A stretch of 64,000 bases of DNA, from assembly GCA_030583765.1 (NCBI GenBank), contig CP129474.1, positions 521,348-585,347 of the forward strand, given 5' to 3'. Both the position numbers and the translations under genes were made by a program. Below, in pieces: positions 42,645 to 51,575 of this stretch. A model generated the notes under the pieces. The model searched no databases, had not been told where the DNA came from, and saw only the letters and a program-made list of their open reading frames with translations. The stretch comes from Minisyncoccota bacterium. Lineage in GTDB: Bacteria > Patescibacteriota > Minisyncoccia > 2-02-FULL-40-12 > GWA2-44-9. Numbering within the stretch: position 1 is the first letter of the stretch; every line of letters begins with the position of its first letter.

Positions 42645-43562
42645 ATGACGCAGACACTCTACGAGCATCGTGATGCAAATATTCGCACGACATGGGCGCT
42701 CATGACCGGCTTTCTTGTGTTTGTTATTGGAATCGGCTTTTTGTTTAGCCAGGCGTTCCAAGCACCCGAAATTCTCTACATCGCCGTGCTCTTTAGCATG
42801 GTGAGCAACATCGTTGCGTTCTGGTTTTCAGATCGTATCGCACTGAGCATGTCAGGGGCTCGCCCAGTTTCGCGCGAAGAAAATGTGCGCTTGCACCGTA
42901 TGGTGGAGAACATTGCCATCACGGCTGGGTTGCCGATGCCGCGGCTCTACATTATCCCTGGAGCGCAGATCAACGCTTTTGCTACGGGGCGAAACCCACA
43001 AAAGGCTGCAGTCGCGGTGACGCGAGGTGCGTTGGAAAAGCTTGACGATAACGAACTTGAAGGGGTCCTTGCGCACGAACTCTCTCACATTGGGAATCGA
43101 GACATGCTTGTGGGGACGGTTGCCGTGGTGCTCGCGGGAGTCATTTCGATCCTCGCGGACATTGGCCTTCGCGCAGGACTCCACGGCCGTTCTTCTGATA
43201 GCAATAGCAAACAAGGTGGTGCGGCGCTCCTCATCATTGCGCTCATTGCTGCCATTCTTGCGCCGATTGCCGCAACACTCATCCGCTTAGCTGTTTCACG
43301 CAAGCGAGAGTATCTCGCTGATGCATCGGGCGCGCTTCTTACGCGCTACCCGGAAGGACTTGCAAGCGCATTAGAAAAAATTGGCGCTGACAGTGCGCCA
43401 ATGCCGAACGCCCATAACGCAACGGCACATCTTTTTCTCGCAAACCCATTTAAAGGCAAGGATGCGCTTTCGTGGTTTACAAAACTCTTTATGACACATC
43501 CTCCTGTCGCTGACCGCGTTCGCGCACTGAGAGGAATGGAGCAGGGCCGCGATGCTCCTTGA
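42645..43562 (+). CDS. htpX: Zinc metalloprotease HtpX (M48)
   Basis: HELSHIGNRD zinc motif and 4 TM helices. Confidence 0.85.
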   Translation: MTQTLYEHRDANIRTTWALMTGFLVFVIGIGFLFSQAFQAPEILYIAVLFSMVSNIVAFWFSDRIALSMSGARPVSREENVRLHRMVENIAITAGLPMPRLYIIPGAQINAFATGRNPQKAAVAVTRGALEKLDDNELEGVLAHELSHIGNRDMLVGTVAVVLAGVISILADIGLRAGLHGRSSDSNSKQGGAALLIIALIAAILAPIAATLIRLAVSRKREYLADASGALLTRYPEGLASALEKIGADSAPMPNAHNATAHLFLANPFKGKDALSWFTKLFMTHPPVADRVRALRGMEQGRDAP

Positions 43563-43587
43563 AGATTGGCATTTTCACTGGTAGAAT
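43559..43587 (+). promoter_or_regulatory. Cassette 7 promoter: TTGAAG-17bp-TAGAAT
   Basis: The -35 overlaps the htpX stop (43560-62). RBS AGGAGG is at 43608-13 and ATG at 43620. Confidence 0.5.
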
Positions 43588-43619
43588 CCGCGTAGCTCTT
43601 GTGGGGCAGGAGGCTTGCC

Positions 43620-43880
43620 ATGATGGGACGCAGATCGCTCCTGCGGATTGCATATCATCTCGTGCATCCGCATGTGAGTGAAGAGGAAATGCCCCACGAA
43701 GAGTGGGACATGGCAGTAGCCATCGCGCAAGATCGGCGTGATCGTCGGTGGCCGCTCAACGAACGCACTGACGCGCTCTGGGCTCCGGTGCGGGATGCGA
43801 TTCTCAACGTTCCGCGTCCCGACCACGTTTCCGAAATGACGTACCGCCTCTTCCATGAAGTGGTTCGTGACATCGAGTAG
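43620..43880 (+). CDS. Hypothetical small protein (cassette 7)
   Basis: 86 aa beginning MMGRRSLLRIAYHLVHPHVSEEEMPHEEWDM... It is GC-rich. No motif was recognised. Confidence 0.45.
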   Translation: MMGRRSLLRIAYHLVHPHVSEEEMPHEEWDMAVAIAQDRRDRRWPLNERTDALWAPVRDAILNVPRPDHVSEMTYRLFHEVVRDIE

Positions 43881-43924
43881 TTCTCCTGCGCGCTGACAGA
43901 CTTATTCTGCGAGCGCGCTTCCTT

Positions 43925-44008
43925 GGAGGGTTGGCCGAGTGGTTTAAGGCGCACGCTTGGAAAGCGTGTGGGCGCAAGCCCTCACAGGTTCGAATCCTGT
44001 ACCCTCCG
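43925..44008 (+). tRNA. tRNA-Ser (anticodon GGA)
   Basis: GGAGGGTTGGCCGAGTGGTTTAAGGCGCACGCTTGGAAAGCGTG...GGTTCGAATCCTGTACCCTCCG. It has a long variable arm. The loop TTGGAAA gives anticodon GGA. CCA is not encoded. Confidence 0.85.
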
Positions 44009-44180
44009 CATATGTACATCAGTATGCCGTTTGGCGTACTGATGTACATGGGTATATGTATGGTGCGGGATTCGAATGCCGGAGCGATGTGTTGCCAGCT
44101 GGCAACACCGCGAGGCGGTGCCTAGCCCGAGTCGAGCGACGGCGAGACGAAAGGCGAAGGAGAATCCTGTACCCTCCGCA
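43992..44180 (+). repeat. 19-bp direct repeat (GAATCCTGTACCCTCCGCA) = tRNA-Ser 3' end, copies at 43992-44010 and 44162-44180, flanking 151 bp of palindromic DNA
   Basis: Exact duplication seen in sequence. The intervening segment contains TGTACATCAGTA-N12-TACTGATGTACA and a TTGCCAGCTGGCAA palindrome. Confidence 0.8.
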
Positions 44181-44183
44181 CAT

Positions 44184-44741
44184 ATGGCAGATTCTTTTTT
44201 CGATAAACCATTTGCGATCACTGACGTTGAAACAACGGGCCTTGATGTGCGTCGTCATGAAATCATCGAAATCGGTCTTGTAGTCGTCGACCAGAAAACA
44301 TTTAAAGTGCTCGACGAACTTGATCTCAAGGTCCAGCCAGCGCATATTGAAACCGCAGAGGCGGGTGCGCTAAAGGTAAACGGTTATGTGCCAGAGCAGT
44401 GGACGAATGCCGTGCCCCTTGCCGATGCTATGAAACAATATAGCGCGAAAACGCGCGATGCAATTTTTTGCGCATGGAATATCACTTTTGACTGGCAGTT
44501 TATTGAAGAAGCCTTCCGTTCTACTGGAGTGCGTGATCTACTCGATTATCATCGCATTGATATTCCAAGTATCGCATGGGAAAAAATGCGCCATAAAAAC
44601 AGTGTAAAATTTCGACTGAGTAGCCTTGCGGAAGAGCTTGGTATCCCGCCAGAGCCAGAAGTTCACCGCGCTATTAATGGCGCACGCCTCGCCGCGGACG
44701 TGTTCCGCAAGCTTCTGATCCCGCAGGACTCTCTGCTTTGA
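44184..44741 (+). CDS. DEDD-family 3'-5' exonuclease (DnaQ/epsilon-like)
   Basis: Exo I motif FAITDVETTGLD. ATG 44184 lies immediately after the second copy of the tRNA-derived repeat. Confidence 0.8.
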   Translation: MADSFFDKPFAITDVETTGLDVRRHEIIEIGLVVVDQKTFKVLDELDLKVQPAHIETAEAGALKVNGYVPEQWTNAVPLADAMKQYSAKTRDAIFCAWNITFDWQFIEEAFRSTGVRDLLDYHRIDIPSIAWEKMRHKNSVKFRLSSLAEELGIPPEPEVHRAINGARLAADVFRKLLIPQDSLL

Positions 44742-44775
44742 CGCGCTTGAAGGGATCATTCATACTATACACACT

Positions 44776-45423
44776 ATGGCTGACTCAGATATCAAAAAAG
44801 ATGATGCGGGCGAACAGACTGAGCGCGTACTTCCCGAAGCCGAACTTACCAATCCAGTTGTGCCCGAAGCTGTTGAAGAGGATAAGACACAAGAATATCA
44901 GGTTGGCGGATTTGAGCATGATTCCGAGAGCACTATCAACGTTCCCAGTGTTGAGAAATTTCATGACGGAGAGATCGTAGAAATTACGGATCCAGAGATT
45001 CTCGCTACAGGTGACAACGATGGTCAGTGGCGTGTCATTGGGTATGAGCGTGACGCTCGCGGTATTCCCGTGCTTTCTGAAGATCCAAGCGAAAGTGATG
45101 CTGAAAAAAAGAAAAAGTTCGTTGTACTTATCGAAGAAGTGGTCGGGGGAAGAACGACAAAAGTATTTGAAACCGACATTAAGCGCATCGGCGAAGGCTC
45201 TGTTTTTGAGGACATTGTTTCTTTGCCAGAAAAGATGGAGGGTAGAGAAGTTATCATCAAAAATATTCCTTGGCGTATTGTGAAAGTTGCGGGAGAGGCA
45301 CAAGGAGGAAAGATAGGAGAGGGGGTTTATATCGTCTTACGCAACGATCAGCTCGGCGTTGAAATGCAGCCCATCTCACTTGAAAAACTTGCCGCGATTA
45401 CCGAAGAAGTTGTGCCCAAGTAA
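44776..45423 (+). CDS. Hypothetical acidic protein
   Basis: 215 aa, E/D-rich, with lower GC than neighbours. No motif was recognised. Confidence 0.5.
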   Translation: MADSDIKKDDAGEQTERVLPEAELTNPVVPEAVEEDKTQEYQVGGFEHDSESTINVPSVEKFHDGEIVEITDPEILATGDNDGQWRVIGYERDARGIPVLSEDPSESDAEKKKKFVVLIEEVVGGRTTKVFETDIKRIGEGSVFEDIVSLPEKMEGREVIIKNIPWRIVKVAGEAQGGKIGEGVYIVLRNDQLGVEMQPISLEKLAAITEEVVPK

Positions 45424-45476
45424 TGAGATTGCTTTTGCTTTATTTCGTGGTACACTATATCTAACCCAGTGTCACC

Positions 45477-45516
45477 AAGGAGGCGAAGCCGTTCGCACTC
45501 CTTTTCTGCGTCTTTG
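45477..45516 (+). terminator. Intrinsic terminator
   Basis: AAGGAG-GCGAAGCCGTTCGC-A-CTCCTT compound hairpin followed by TTCTGCGTCTTTGG. Confidence 0.45.
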
Positions 45517-45542
45517 GCGCTCTGGGTGGGAGGGAATGCCCA

Positions 45543-47324
45543 ATGCCAGACCATGTTGCCGAAATTAAATCACGACTCGACATTGTCGACGTGATTACTG
45601 GATATATCCAGATTCAGCGCTCTGGCGTCAATTTCAAAGCGCGTTGTCCGTTTCACAACGAAAAGACCCCATCATTTTATATTTCTCCCGAGCGCCAATC
45701 ATGGCACTGCTTCGGGTGTTCAAAAGGGGGCGACATGTTTTCGTTTGTGCAGGATATCGAGGGAGTGGAATTTCCCGAAGCGCTCCGCATGCTTGCGCAG
45801 AAGGCGGGCGTTACGCTCGAGTATACACAGCATAAATTACATTCCGAGAAGACGCGCCTCTTAGATATTCACGAGCGCGCCACAAAGTTCTTTGAAGCAC
45901 AACTCTGGAATGGAAATGCGGGCGCTCGTGCGCTTGCATATCTCCGTGACCGCGGGCTTACTGACGATACCATCCGTACGTTTCGCATCGGGTACGCGCC
46001 AAACGACTGGCATGCACTCTCGACCTATCTCACTTCATGTGGGTATACGCGTCAGGAGATTATCGCAAGTGGCGTGGCCGTACCAAAAGACGGTCGCTCC
46101 TATGATCGTTTTCGGGGGCGTATTATGTTCCCGATTGCTGATGTGAATGGTCGAGTTATTGCATTTACTGCACGCGTGCTCCCAGGCACTGATGACGTCG
46201 GTGCAAAATACATCAATACGCCGCAGACGGCTCTCTATGACAAGGGCTCCGTGCTCTTTGGCCTTGATAAGGCGCGCCTGGCTATCCGTCACGAAGGTTC
46301 ATGTGTGCTGGTAGAGGGGAACATGGACGTGATCATGTCGCACCAAGCTGGTGCTATGAACACGGTTGCAACTTCCGGCACTGCGCTGACTCCACAGCAA
46401 CTCAAGCTCATTCACCGCTACACGCAGACTATCGATTTCTGCTTCGATGCAGATCAGGCGGGCGAGCAGGCTTTACGTCGTGGTATTGGACTTGCTCTCG
46501 CGCAAGAGTTCACTGTCCGCGCCCTTCGTTTGAGTGGCGAGCACATGAAAGACCCCGCGGATTACGTGCGGGAACATGGCAATGAAGCGTGGCTGGCTAT
46601 CGCAAAGGATGCGCAGCCGATCATGGATTTCTACATTGCCCGTGCAGAGGCGACGTTACCGCTCGGAAGCGCTGACGGTAAAAAACAAGCACTCTCTTTG
46701 CTCGGCCCGATGATTCGTCGTATGACGAGTCGCGTGGAGCAAGATCACTGGACGAAGCGCGTTGCGCAACTGGTTCGTAGTGATGAAGCTGCGGTGCGCG
46801 CTGACCTTGCCACTATTCGAGATGATCTTGAAGAGTATGCGCGCCCTGAGGTCCCCACTGTTCCTGCGGCAGCTCCGGCAACGCTTCGCGGCAGTGCGCT
46901 TGATGATGCACTACTCACGTTTGCCTTTGTGCATCCTGCGGTGGTGGCGGCCGAGGAACCGATGCTTACGAAAGCAACCATTGATCCTGTACTGCGCGAC
47001 GCGCTCCTTGCTATCGCGCGTAGTACACCGGAATCACTGCGTGCGCCGGAAGCATTTACGCTCATTGATCCAGAGTCTCGTTTCTCTCTCGATGCGCTGT
47101 ACATGCGCGCGCATGAGGTGTGGAGTGGCGTGAGTGAACGGGAGCTCTCATTCTTCTTCCGCACTATGCTTGCTCGTGCACATACCGAACTTGTCCGATC
47201 TCAGCTTCGCGATCTTGAATCCGCAATCCGTGATGCCGAGGCGCGCAAGGACGTCCAGGAGGTAACACTTCTCGCCGGCCGTGCCGCAACGCTCACGCAG
47301 CAACTTGCTTTGTTTTCCGTTTAA
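45543..47324 (+). CDS. dnaG: DNA primase
   Basis: CHC2 zinc finger ([11 protein letters not shown]...WHCFGC) and a Toprim domain. Confidence 0.9.
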   Translation: MPDHVAEIKSRLDIVDVITGYIQIQRSGVNFKARCPFHNEKTPSFYISPERQSWHCFGCSKGGDMFSFVQDIEGVEFPEALRMLAQKAGVTLEYTQHKLHSEKTRLLDIHERATKFFEAQLWNGNAGARALAYLRDRGLTDDTIRTFRIGYAPNDWHALSTYLTSCGYTRQEIIASGVAVPKDGRSYDRFRGRIMFPIADVNGRVIAFTARVLPGTDDVGAKYINTPQTALYDKGSVLFGLDKARLAIRHEGSCVLVEGNMDVIMSHQAGAMNTVATSGTALTPQQLKLIHRYTQTIDFCFDADQAGEQALRRGIGLALAQEFTVRALRLSGEHMKDPADYVREHGNEAWLAIAKDAQPIMDFYIARAEATLPLGSADGKKQALSLLGPMIRRMTSRVEQDHWTKRVAQLVRSDEAAVRADLATIRDDLEEYARPEVPTVPAAAPATLRGSALDDALLTFAFVHPAVVAAEEPMLTKATIDPVLRDALLAIARSTPESLRAPEAFTLIDPESRFSLDALYMRAHEVWSGVSERELSFFFRTMLARAHTELVRSQLRDLESAIRDAEARKDVQEVTLLAGRAATLTQQLALFSV

Positions 47325-47332
47325 TTTTTTGT

Positions 47333-48559
47333 ATGCCAACACCAAAAAAGAAAAAGAAGGTTACCGTGTCGCGCCGTGCGTCCGCGAAGTCTCGCGCACG
47401 AAAACCCGCGCGTGGAGTATCTGCTCGTCGCGTGGTGAAGAAAAAGAAGAGCGTCGCACGCACTCCTCGTAAGAAGCCAGAGGTCATGAGCGAGAGCGCA
47501 ACACTTGCGCTCATTGAGCGCGGCAAGACGCGTGGCTTTGTCACGCAAGCAGAGATTTTGAGCGCCTTCCCCACTATTGAACAAGACATTATTGGACTTG
47601 AAGCGCTCTATGAGCGACTTGAGGGAGAAAATATCACCGTCATTGAATCGGTAAGTGTCTTTGAAGAAACGGCAGCAAAAGAATACGAACAGAAAAAGAA
47701 GATTGAAGATGAGTTTAGTGAAGGCTCATCTTCTGATTCAGTGCAGATGTATCTACGCGAGATTGGCAAATACCCACTTCTTAAGGGCGAGGAAGAGATA
47801 GAGCTTGCCAAGCGCATTGAACGTAACGATGAATCGGCACGCCAGAAGCTCGCACTCTCAAACCTTCGTCTCGTCGTTTCTATCGCAAAGAAATACGTGG
47901 GCCGCTCCGCAAACCTCTCACTTCTAGACCTCATTCAAGAAGGGAACATCGGCCTCTTTAAAGCGGTGGAGAAATTTGATTTCCGCAAAGGGTTTAAATT
48001 CTCTACGTATGCGACATGGTGGATCCGCCAAGCGATCACCCGCGCGCTTGCAGATCAGGCGCGTACTATTCGTATCCCTGTGCACATGGTGGAAACCATC
48101 AACAAATATCAGCAGGTGGTGCGCCGACTGGTGCAAGAACTTGGCCGTGATCCACTGCCAGAAGAAGTTGCTGCAGAAATGGACATGGACGTAGATAAAG
48201 TGCGTCACATTATCAAAATCTCCCAAGACACCATCTCACTGGAAACGCCTGTGGGTGATGGTAAAGATGAAGATAGCCACTTAGAGGACTTCATCCCAGA
48301 TGAGAATGCGCTCGGGCCAGATGTATCTGCGGGGCGTAAGATCCTCAAGAAGTATATTGATGAGATTATCGGGGATCTCTCACAGCGTGAGCAAAAGATT
48401 CTCGACATGCGTTTTGGTCTCACGGACGGCGTCACCCACACCTTGGAAGAGGTGGGGAAGGTGTTTAATGTGACGCGTGAACGCATTCGTCAGATTGAAG
48501 CAAAGGCACTGGAAAAGATCCGTCAGCATGAGAATGTTGAGCGTCTGAAGGGGTACTAG
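47333..48559 (+). CDS. rpoD: RNA polymerase sigma factor RpoD with K/R-rich N-terminal extension
   Basis: Regions 1.2-4 are present (e.g. ...[13 protein letters not shown]...). The first about 60 aa are a lysine/arginine-rich low-complexity stretch. Confidence 0.9.
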   Translation: MPTPKKKKKVTVSRRASAKSRARKPARGVSARRVVKKKKSVARTPRKKPEVMSESATLALIERGKTRGFVTQAEILSAFPTIEQDIIGLEALYERLEGENITVIESVSVFEETAAKEYEQKKKIEDEFSEGSSSDSVQMYLREIGKYPLLKGEEEIELAKRIERNDESARQKLALSNLRLVVSIAKKYVGRSANLSLLDLIQEGNIGLFKAVEKFDFRKGFKFSTYATWWIRQAITRALADQARTIRIPVHMVETINKYQQVVRRLVQELGRDPLPEEVAAEMDMDVDKVRHIIKISQDTISLETPVGDGKDEDSHLEDFIPDENALGPDVSAGRKILKKYIDEIIGDLSQREQKILDMRFGLTDGVTHTLEEVGKVFNVTRERIRQIEAKALEKIRQHENVERLKGY

Positions 48560-48641
48560 GTTGCTTTTTGGGGCTATCCTCAATATACTTGGTTGCGATA
48601 GGGTTCTCGGGCATAGGGTTTTGTGGTATACTACAGTGTAT

Positions 48642-48974
48642 ATGCCAGATGTGAGAACCTATCGCGATCGAGCTGAATATCTCAAAAAAGCCGTTGCCGC
48701 TCGAAGGCGCAAGCTTCGAGCGCTCATCGTGGCATATAGGGGTGGCAAGTGCGTGTTTTGTGGGTATAAGCGATCGATCTGGGCGCTTGATCTTCATCAC
48801 GTAGTCGCGCACCAGAAAGAGTTCGGGCTTTCAGCTCGAGGGCTCACGCGATCTTTGGAAAAGATCAAGGCGGAAGCCGATAAATGTATTCTGGTGTGTG
48901 CAAATTGTCACCGAGAAATACACGCAAAGGTAAGGAAACTTCCAAGCACTTATACAAAAAATATTCCGCGGTAG
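48642..48974 (+). CDS. HNH endonuclease family protein
   Basis: 110 aa with CVFCGY...LDLHHV...CANCHREIH (Cys/His zinc and HNH motif). An extended -10 TGGTATACT lies upstream. The stop overlaps the tRNA-Asn 5' end. Confidence 0.6.
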   Translation: MPDVRTYRDRAEYLKKAVAARRRKLRALIVAYRGGKCVFCGYKRSIWALDLHHVVAHQKEFGLSARGLTRSLEKIKAEADKCILVCANCHREIHAKVRKLPSTYTKNIPR

Positions 48975-49244
48975 CTCAATGGTAGAGCGTCTCGCTGTGA
49001 GATAAACGCAGCTTTGCGTCGAAAGGCGCACTGAAACTTTCTGGGATAACGGTGAAGCCCCTTCGTTTTTTTACGAGAGGTAATACCGTGGGAACCCCGC
49101 CTTGGCGGGGGCGCCGTAGAGACTAGATACCAGAACGCCTGTGTCGCATGCGCGATATGGCGAAGATATAGTCCACGCCGGTATGAAAATACCGGAATTC
49201 GTGTAACGAGAGGGTTGTAGGTTCGAGTCCTACCCGCGGAGCCA
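48965..49244 (+). tRNA. tRNA-Asn (anticodon GUU) interrupted by a 205-nt group I intron (exons 48965-48998 and 49204-49244)
   Basis: Exon 1 is TCCGCGG-TA-GCTC-AATGGTA-GAGC-G-TCTCG-CTGT. Exon 2 is TAA-CGAGA-GGGTT-GTAGG-TTCGAGT-CCTAC-CCGCGGA-G-CCA. The spliced loop is CTGTTAA, giving anticodon GUU. Confidence 0.7.
48999..49203 (+). ncRNA. Group I self-splicing intron within tRNA-Asn anticodon loop
   Basis: P1 forms between exon GCUGU and intron GCAGC (49008-12), with a U.G pair at the splice site. The intron ends in G. P7 elements AGACTAG (about 49118-24) and AAGATATAGTCC (49163-74) are conserved. Confidence 0.7.
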
Positions 49245-49248
49245 AATC

Positions 49249-49283
49249 AAAACACCGCATCTTCTGCGGTGTTTTGATTTAAT
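49249..49283 (+). terminator. Intrinsic terminator after tRNA-Asn
   Basis: AAAACACCGCA-TCTTC-TGCGGTGTTTT followed by GATTTAAT. Confidence 0.5.
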
Positions 49284-49341
49284 CCCCTGGTGGACGTTAG
49301 AACTTAAAAATGATTAAATTGAATAAATAGTAAGTAGTCTC

Positions 49342-50082
49342 ATGGCGTACAATATGAGTTTAGAGCAAATACCAAATCAAGCACCTAAGCAGGAAATAAA
49401 AGTTCAACCTAAAATAGAAGTTGAACCAAATTTTGATGGTTTCGTTCCAGATGAATTTAAAAACGACCCCCTAAAATATTTTGAAGAGAAGGGCACTAAC
49501 ATAAAGCCTGGAGAAACAAAATATGATGAAACTGGTCGGGTCCGCGAAGATCCAACCGCTGTAAAAGATTTACCAGTTTGGAAGAATAAAGAAGGAGTTG
49601 AGCTACATACAGTTGGAAAAAGAGTGAACAAAGAGAAGGGCAAGATTGGTGAGATTAGGGATCCGTTTTATGAATATAAAGTTATGGAAATTATTCAAGA
49701 ATTAGGTTTGCCATGTCCTAGGCCAGTTGCAAGGGTAGAACAAGGAGGCAATAACCTTATCGTGATGGAACGAGTTCATGGTATCCGTTGGCCAGATAAA
49801 GATAGTCTACATCTTAATGAGAAAGGATATTCTGCTGAAGATATTCAGGGCTTGATCAGCCAGGCAGAGGTCATGGTAAGGGAATTGCATAGAAAATTCG
49901 AAGACGCTGGTATTTCAAGAGATTGGAAATTAAAAGATATGCTTTTTGATATTGACATAGAAAATAAGAAAATTAATTCCATTGTTCCTACAGATTGGGA
50001 AAGAACCACAATAAACCAAGAAAAATTGGCACAGGCCAGAGCATTGAAGCGACAAACTAAATTAGATACCGAAGGACCCTAA
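49342..50082 (+). CDS. Hypothetical protein in AT-rich islet, possible atypical (RIO/Kdo-like) kinase fold
   Basis: 246 aa, K/E-rich. LIVMERVHG...RDWKLKDMLFDID loosely resembles the hinge and catalytic-loop regions of small atypical kinases. This is weak. Confidence 0.35.
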   Translation: MAYNMSLEQIPNQAPKQEIKVQPKIEVEPNFDGFVPDEFKNDPLKYFEEKGTNIKPGETKYDETGRVREDPTAVKDLPVWKNKEGVELHTVGKRVNKEKGKIGEIRDPFYEYKVMEIIQELGLPCPRPVARVEQGGNNLIVMERVHGIRWPDKDSLHLNEKGYSAEDIQGLISQAEVMVRELHRKFEDAGISRDWKLKDMLFDIDIENKKINSIVPTDWERTTINQEKLAQARALKRQTKLDTEGP

Positions 50083-50186
50083 ATCCGGGACATGGATATA
50101 TCCATTATGCTTTTGCAAAATAGTTCTAACGTTGTTCACGGTTCGGAGCAAGGAATAGAAAAATAAGCTATTATAAACGATAGCCT

Positions 50187-50531
50187 ATGCTGTCCCCCAG
50201 AATCCAATTCGTTGTTCGATTTATTATCGCTGGGTTTTTGTTTCTTGCTATAACAACTTCACTGCTAGGGTCTACCGGTGTGCGAGGGTTTCCAAAGTAT
50301 CCAGACTCTCTGTTAAGAACTGGCGTCGATTCACCATTTGCCTGGAAGCGCACGGTAGCTACGGTGATTCTGCCAATCAAAATTGTTCTTATAGGCCCGC
50401 TCTCTCTGGAGTCTGTCGATCTTTTAAAAGATGATCCGCCACCTCCCTTTATTGCGATATATCTTATCTGCTACTGGACGATTCTTGCCTCAGGCATTTA
50501 TGCTGTGTCTCATAGCATAAAACAGAGCTAG
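50187..50531 (+). CDS. Hypothetical membrane protein in AT-rich islet
   Basis: 114 aa with 3 hydrophobic segments. Confidence 0.35.
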   Translation: MLSPRIQFVVRFIIAGFLFLAITTSLLGSTGVRGFPKYPDSLLRTGVDSPFAWKRTVATVILPIKIVLIGPLSLESVDLLKDDPPPPFIAIYLICYWTILASGIYAVSHSIKQS

Positions 50532-50541
50532 CATAATCGCA

Positions 50542-50799
50542 TTGGAAATTACGAGAAAAAATATCGCAACCGGCGTGGCGCATAAGGTGCCCGAAGATCT
50601 CCGGGCCGCTCTCTTAGTGTCTGAAGCTGTGCAGGCTGCTTGGAATAGCATTACTCCACTTGCTCGCAACGAGTGGATTTGCTGGGTTATTTCAGTAAAA
50701 AAATCGGAGACGCGACGTGACCACATCAGGCGCACATGTGAGGACCTTGCGAAGGGAAAGCGGCGGCCATGCTGTTGGGCAGGGTGCCCACATCGATAA
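50542..50799 (+). CDS. YdeI/OmpD-associated family-like small protein
   Basis: 85 aa. ...NEWICWVISVKKSETRRDHIRRTCEDLAKGKRRPC resembles the YdeI_OmpD C-terminal motif. Confidence 0.45.
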   Translation: MEITRKNIATGVAHKVPEDLRAALLVSEAVQAAWNSITPLARNEWICWVISVKKSETRRDHIRRTCEDLAKGKRRPCCWAGCPHR

Positions 50800-50856
50800 G
50801 CCCCCCCACGGCATTTCTCTAGGCATTTTTATAAAAATACGGTATTCTTGATTTCT

Positions 50857-50976
50857 ATGCCAAAACGACATGGAGGATTGGGTAAGAGCCGCGTGAAAAA
50901 CAAGCCACGCTCGCGCAAAACTGCAAAGCGCTTGGCGAAGAAGCACGCACTTCTTGCCGCACGAAAGGCGAAGTAA
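50857..50976 (+). CDS. Small basic ORF (39 aa) with its own terminator
   Basis: MPKRHGGLGKSRVKNKPRSRKTAKRLAKKHALLAARKAK. It is followed by the CCGCGCACCGCGCGG hairpin and CTTTTGTGTG. It is absent from the ORF track because it is under 60 aa. Confidence 0.3.
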   Translation: MPKRHGGLGKSRVKNKPRSRKTAKRLAKKHALLAARKAK

Positions 50977-51056
50977 GATTTTGAGTCCGCACACTGGCCG
51001 CGCACCGCGCGGCTTTTGTGTGCGCATGAGTTGTTTGATGGTATACTAAAATCATC

Positions 51057-51548
51057 ATGTTACGCTCACACTCTTTTCTAAGACTTGTTATCGCTATCGG
51101 TGCTTCGCAGCTCGCGGGTATCCTGGGCTCGTTCTTTACTATGAGCGCCATACCGGAATGGTACCGGTATCTTCTCAAGCCCGCCATTGCCCCGCCAAAT
51201 TGGGTGTTCGGTCTCGTGTGGACCACCCTATTCATTTTGATGGGTGTTGCGGCATGGCTTGTGTGGGAACGGGGAGCGCGTCGTCGTGACGTGCGTATAG
51301 CCCTCGGCCTTTTTCTTATCCAGCTTGGCCTGAATACGCTCTGGTCGGTTGTATTCTTTGGGCTTCAAAATCCCGGGGCTGCTTTCGTGGAAATCCTCAT
51401 ACTCATCATTGCTATTCTCGCAACAATGCGGGCTTTTTATCCCATTTCCCGTCTTGCTGCGCTGTTGCTGGCGCCCTATATCGCATGGGTGAGCTTTGCC
51501 GCCTATATTACTTGGAGCATTTATCAACTGAACACCCCGTTGACATAA
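51057..51548 (+). CDS. tspO: TspO/MBR family tryptophan-rich sensory protein
   Basis: 163 aa with 5 TM helices and W/P-rich conserved motifs (...PNWVFGLVWTTLF...). Confidence 0.85.
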   Translation: MLRSHSFLRLVIAIGASQLAGILGSFFTMSAIPEWYRYLLKPAIAPPNWVFGLVWTTLFILMGVAAWLVWERGARRRDVRIALGLFLIQLGLNTLWSVVFFGLQNPGAAFVEILILIIAILATMRAFYPISRLAALLLAPYIAWVSFAAYITWSIYQLNTPLT

Positions 51549-51566
51549 ATACCCCCCGGGGGGTAT
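51549..51566 (+). promoter_or_regulatory. Perfect 18-bp palindrome ATACCCCCC|GGGGGGTAT immediately upstream of csoR (putative CsoR operator)
   Basis: It is seen directly after the tspO stop and 10 bp before the csoR ATG. GGGGTATG is repeated again at 51567-51576. Confidence 0.5.
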
Positions 51567-51575
51567 GCTTGGGGT

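Noticed and set aside
44076-44183. N-terminal extension of the exonuclease ORF (MPERCVASWQHREAV...) reading through the tRNA-derived repeat.
   Set aside because: The DEDD motif begins right after the ATG at 44184. The extension spans the att-like duplicated segment and is not plausible coding sequence.
45359-45568. Small ORF across the dnaG upstream region containing AAGGAGGCG.
   Set aside because: The AGGAGG lies within a terminator hairpin for the preceding gene, not an RBS with a productive ORF.
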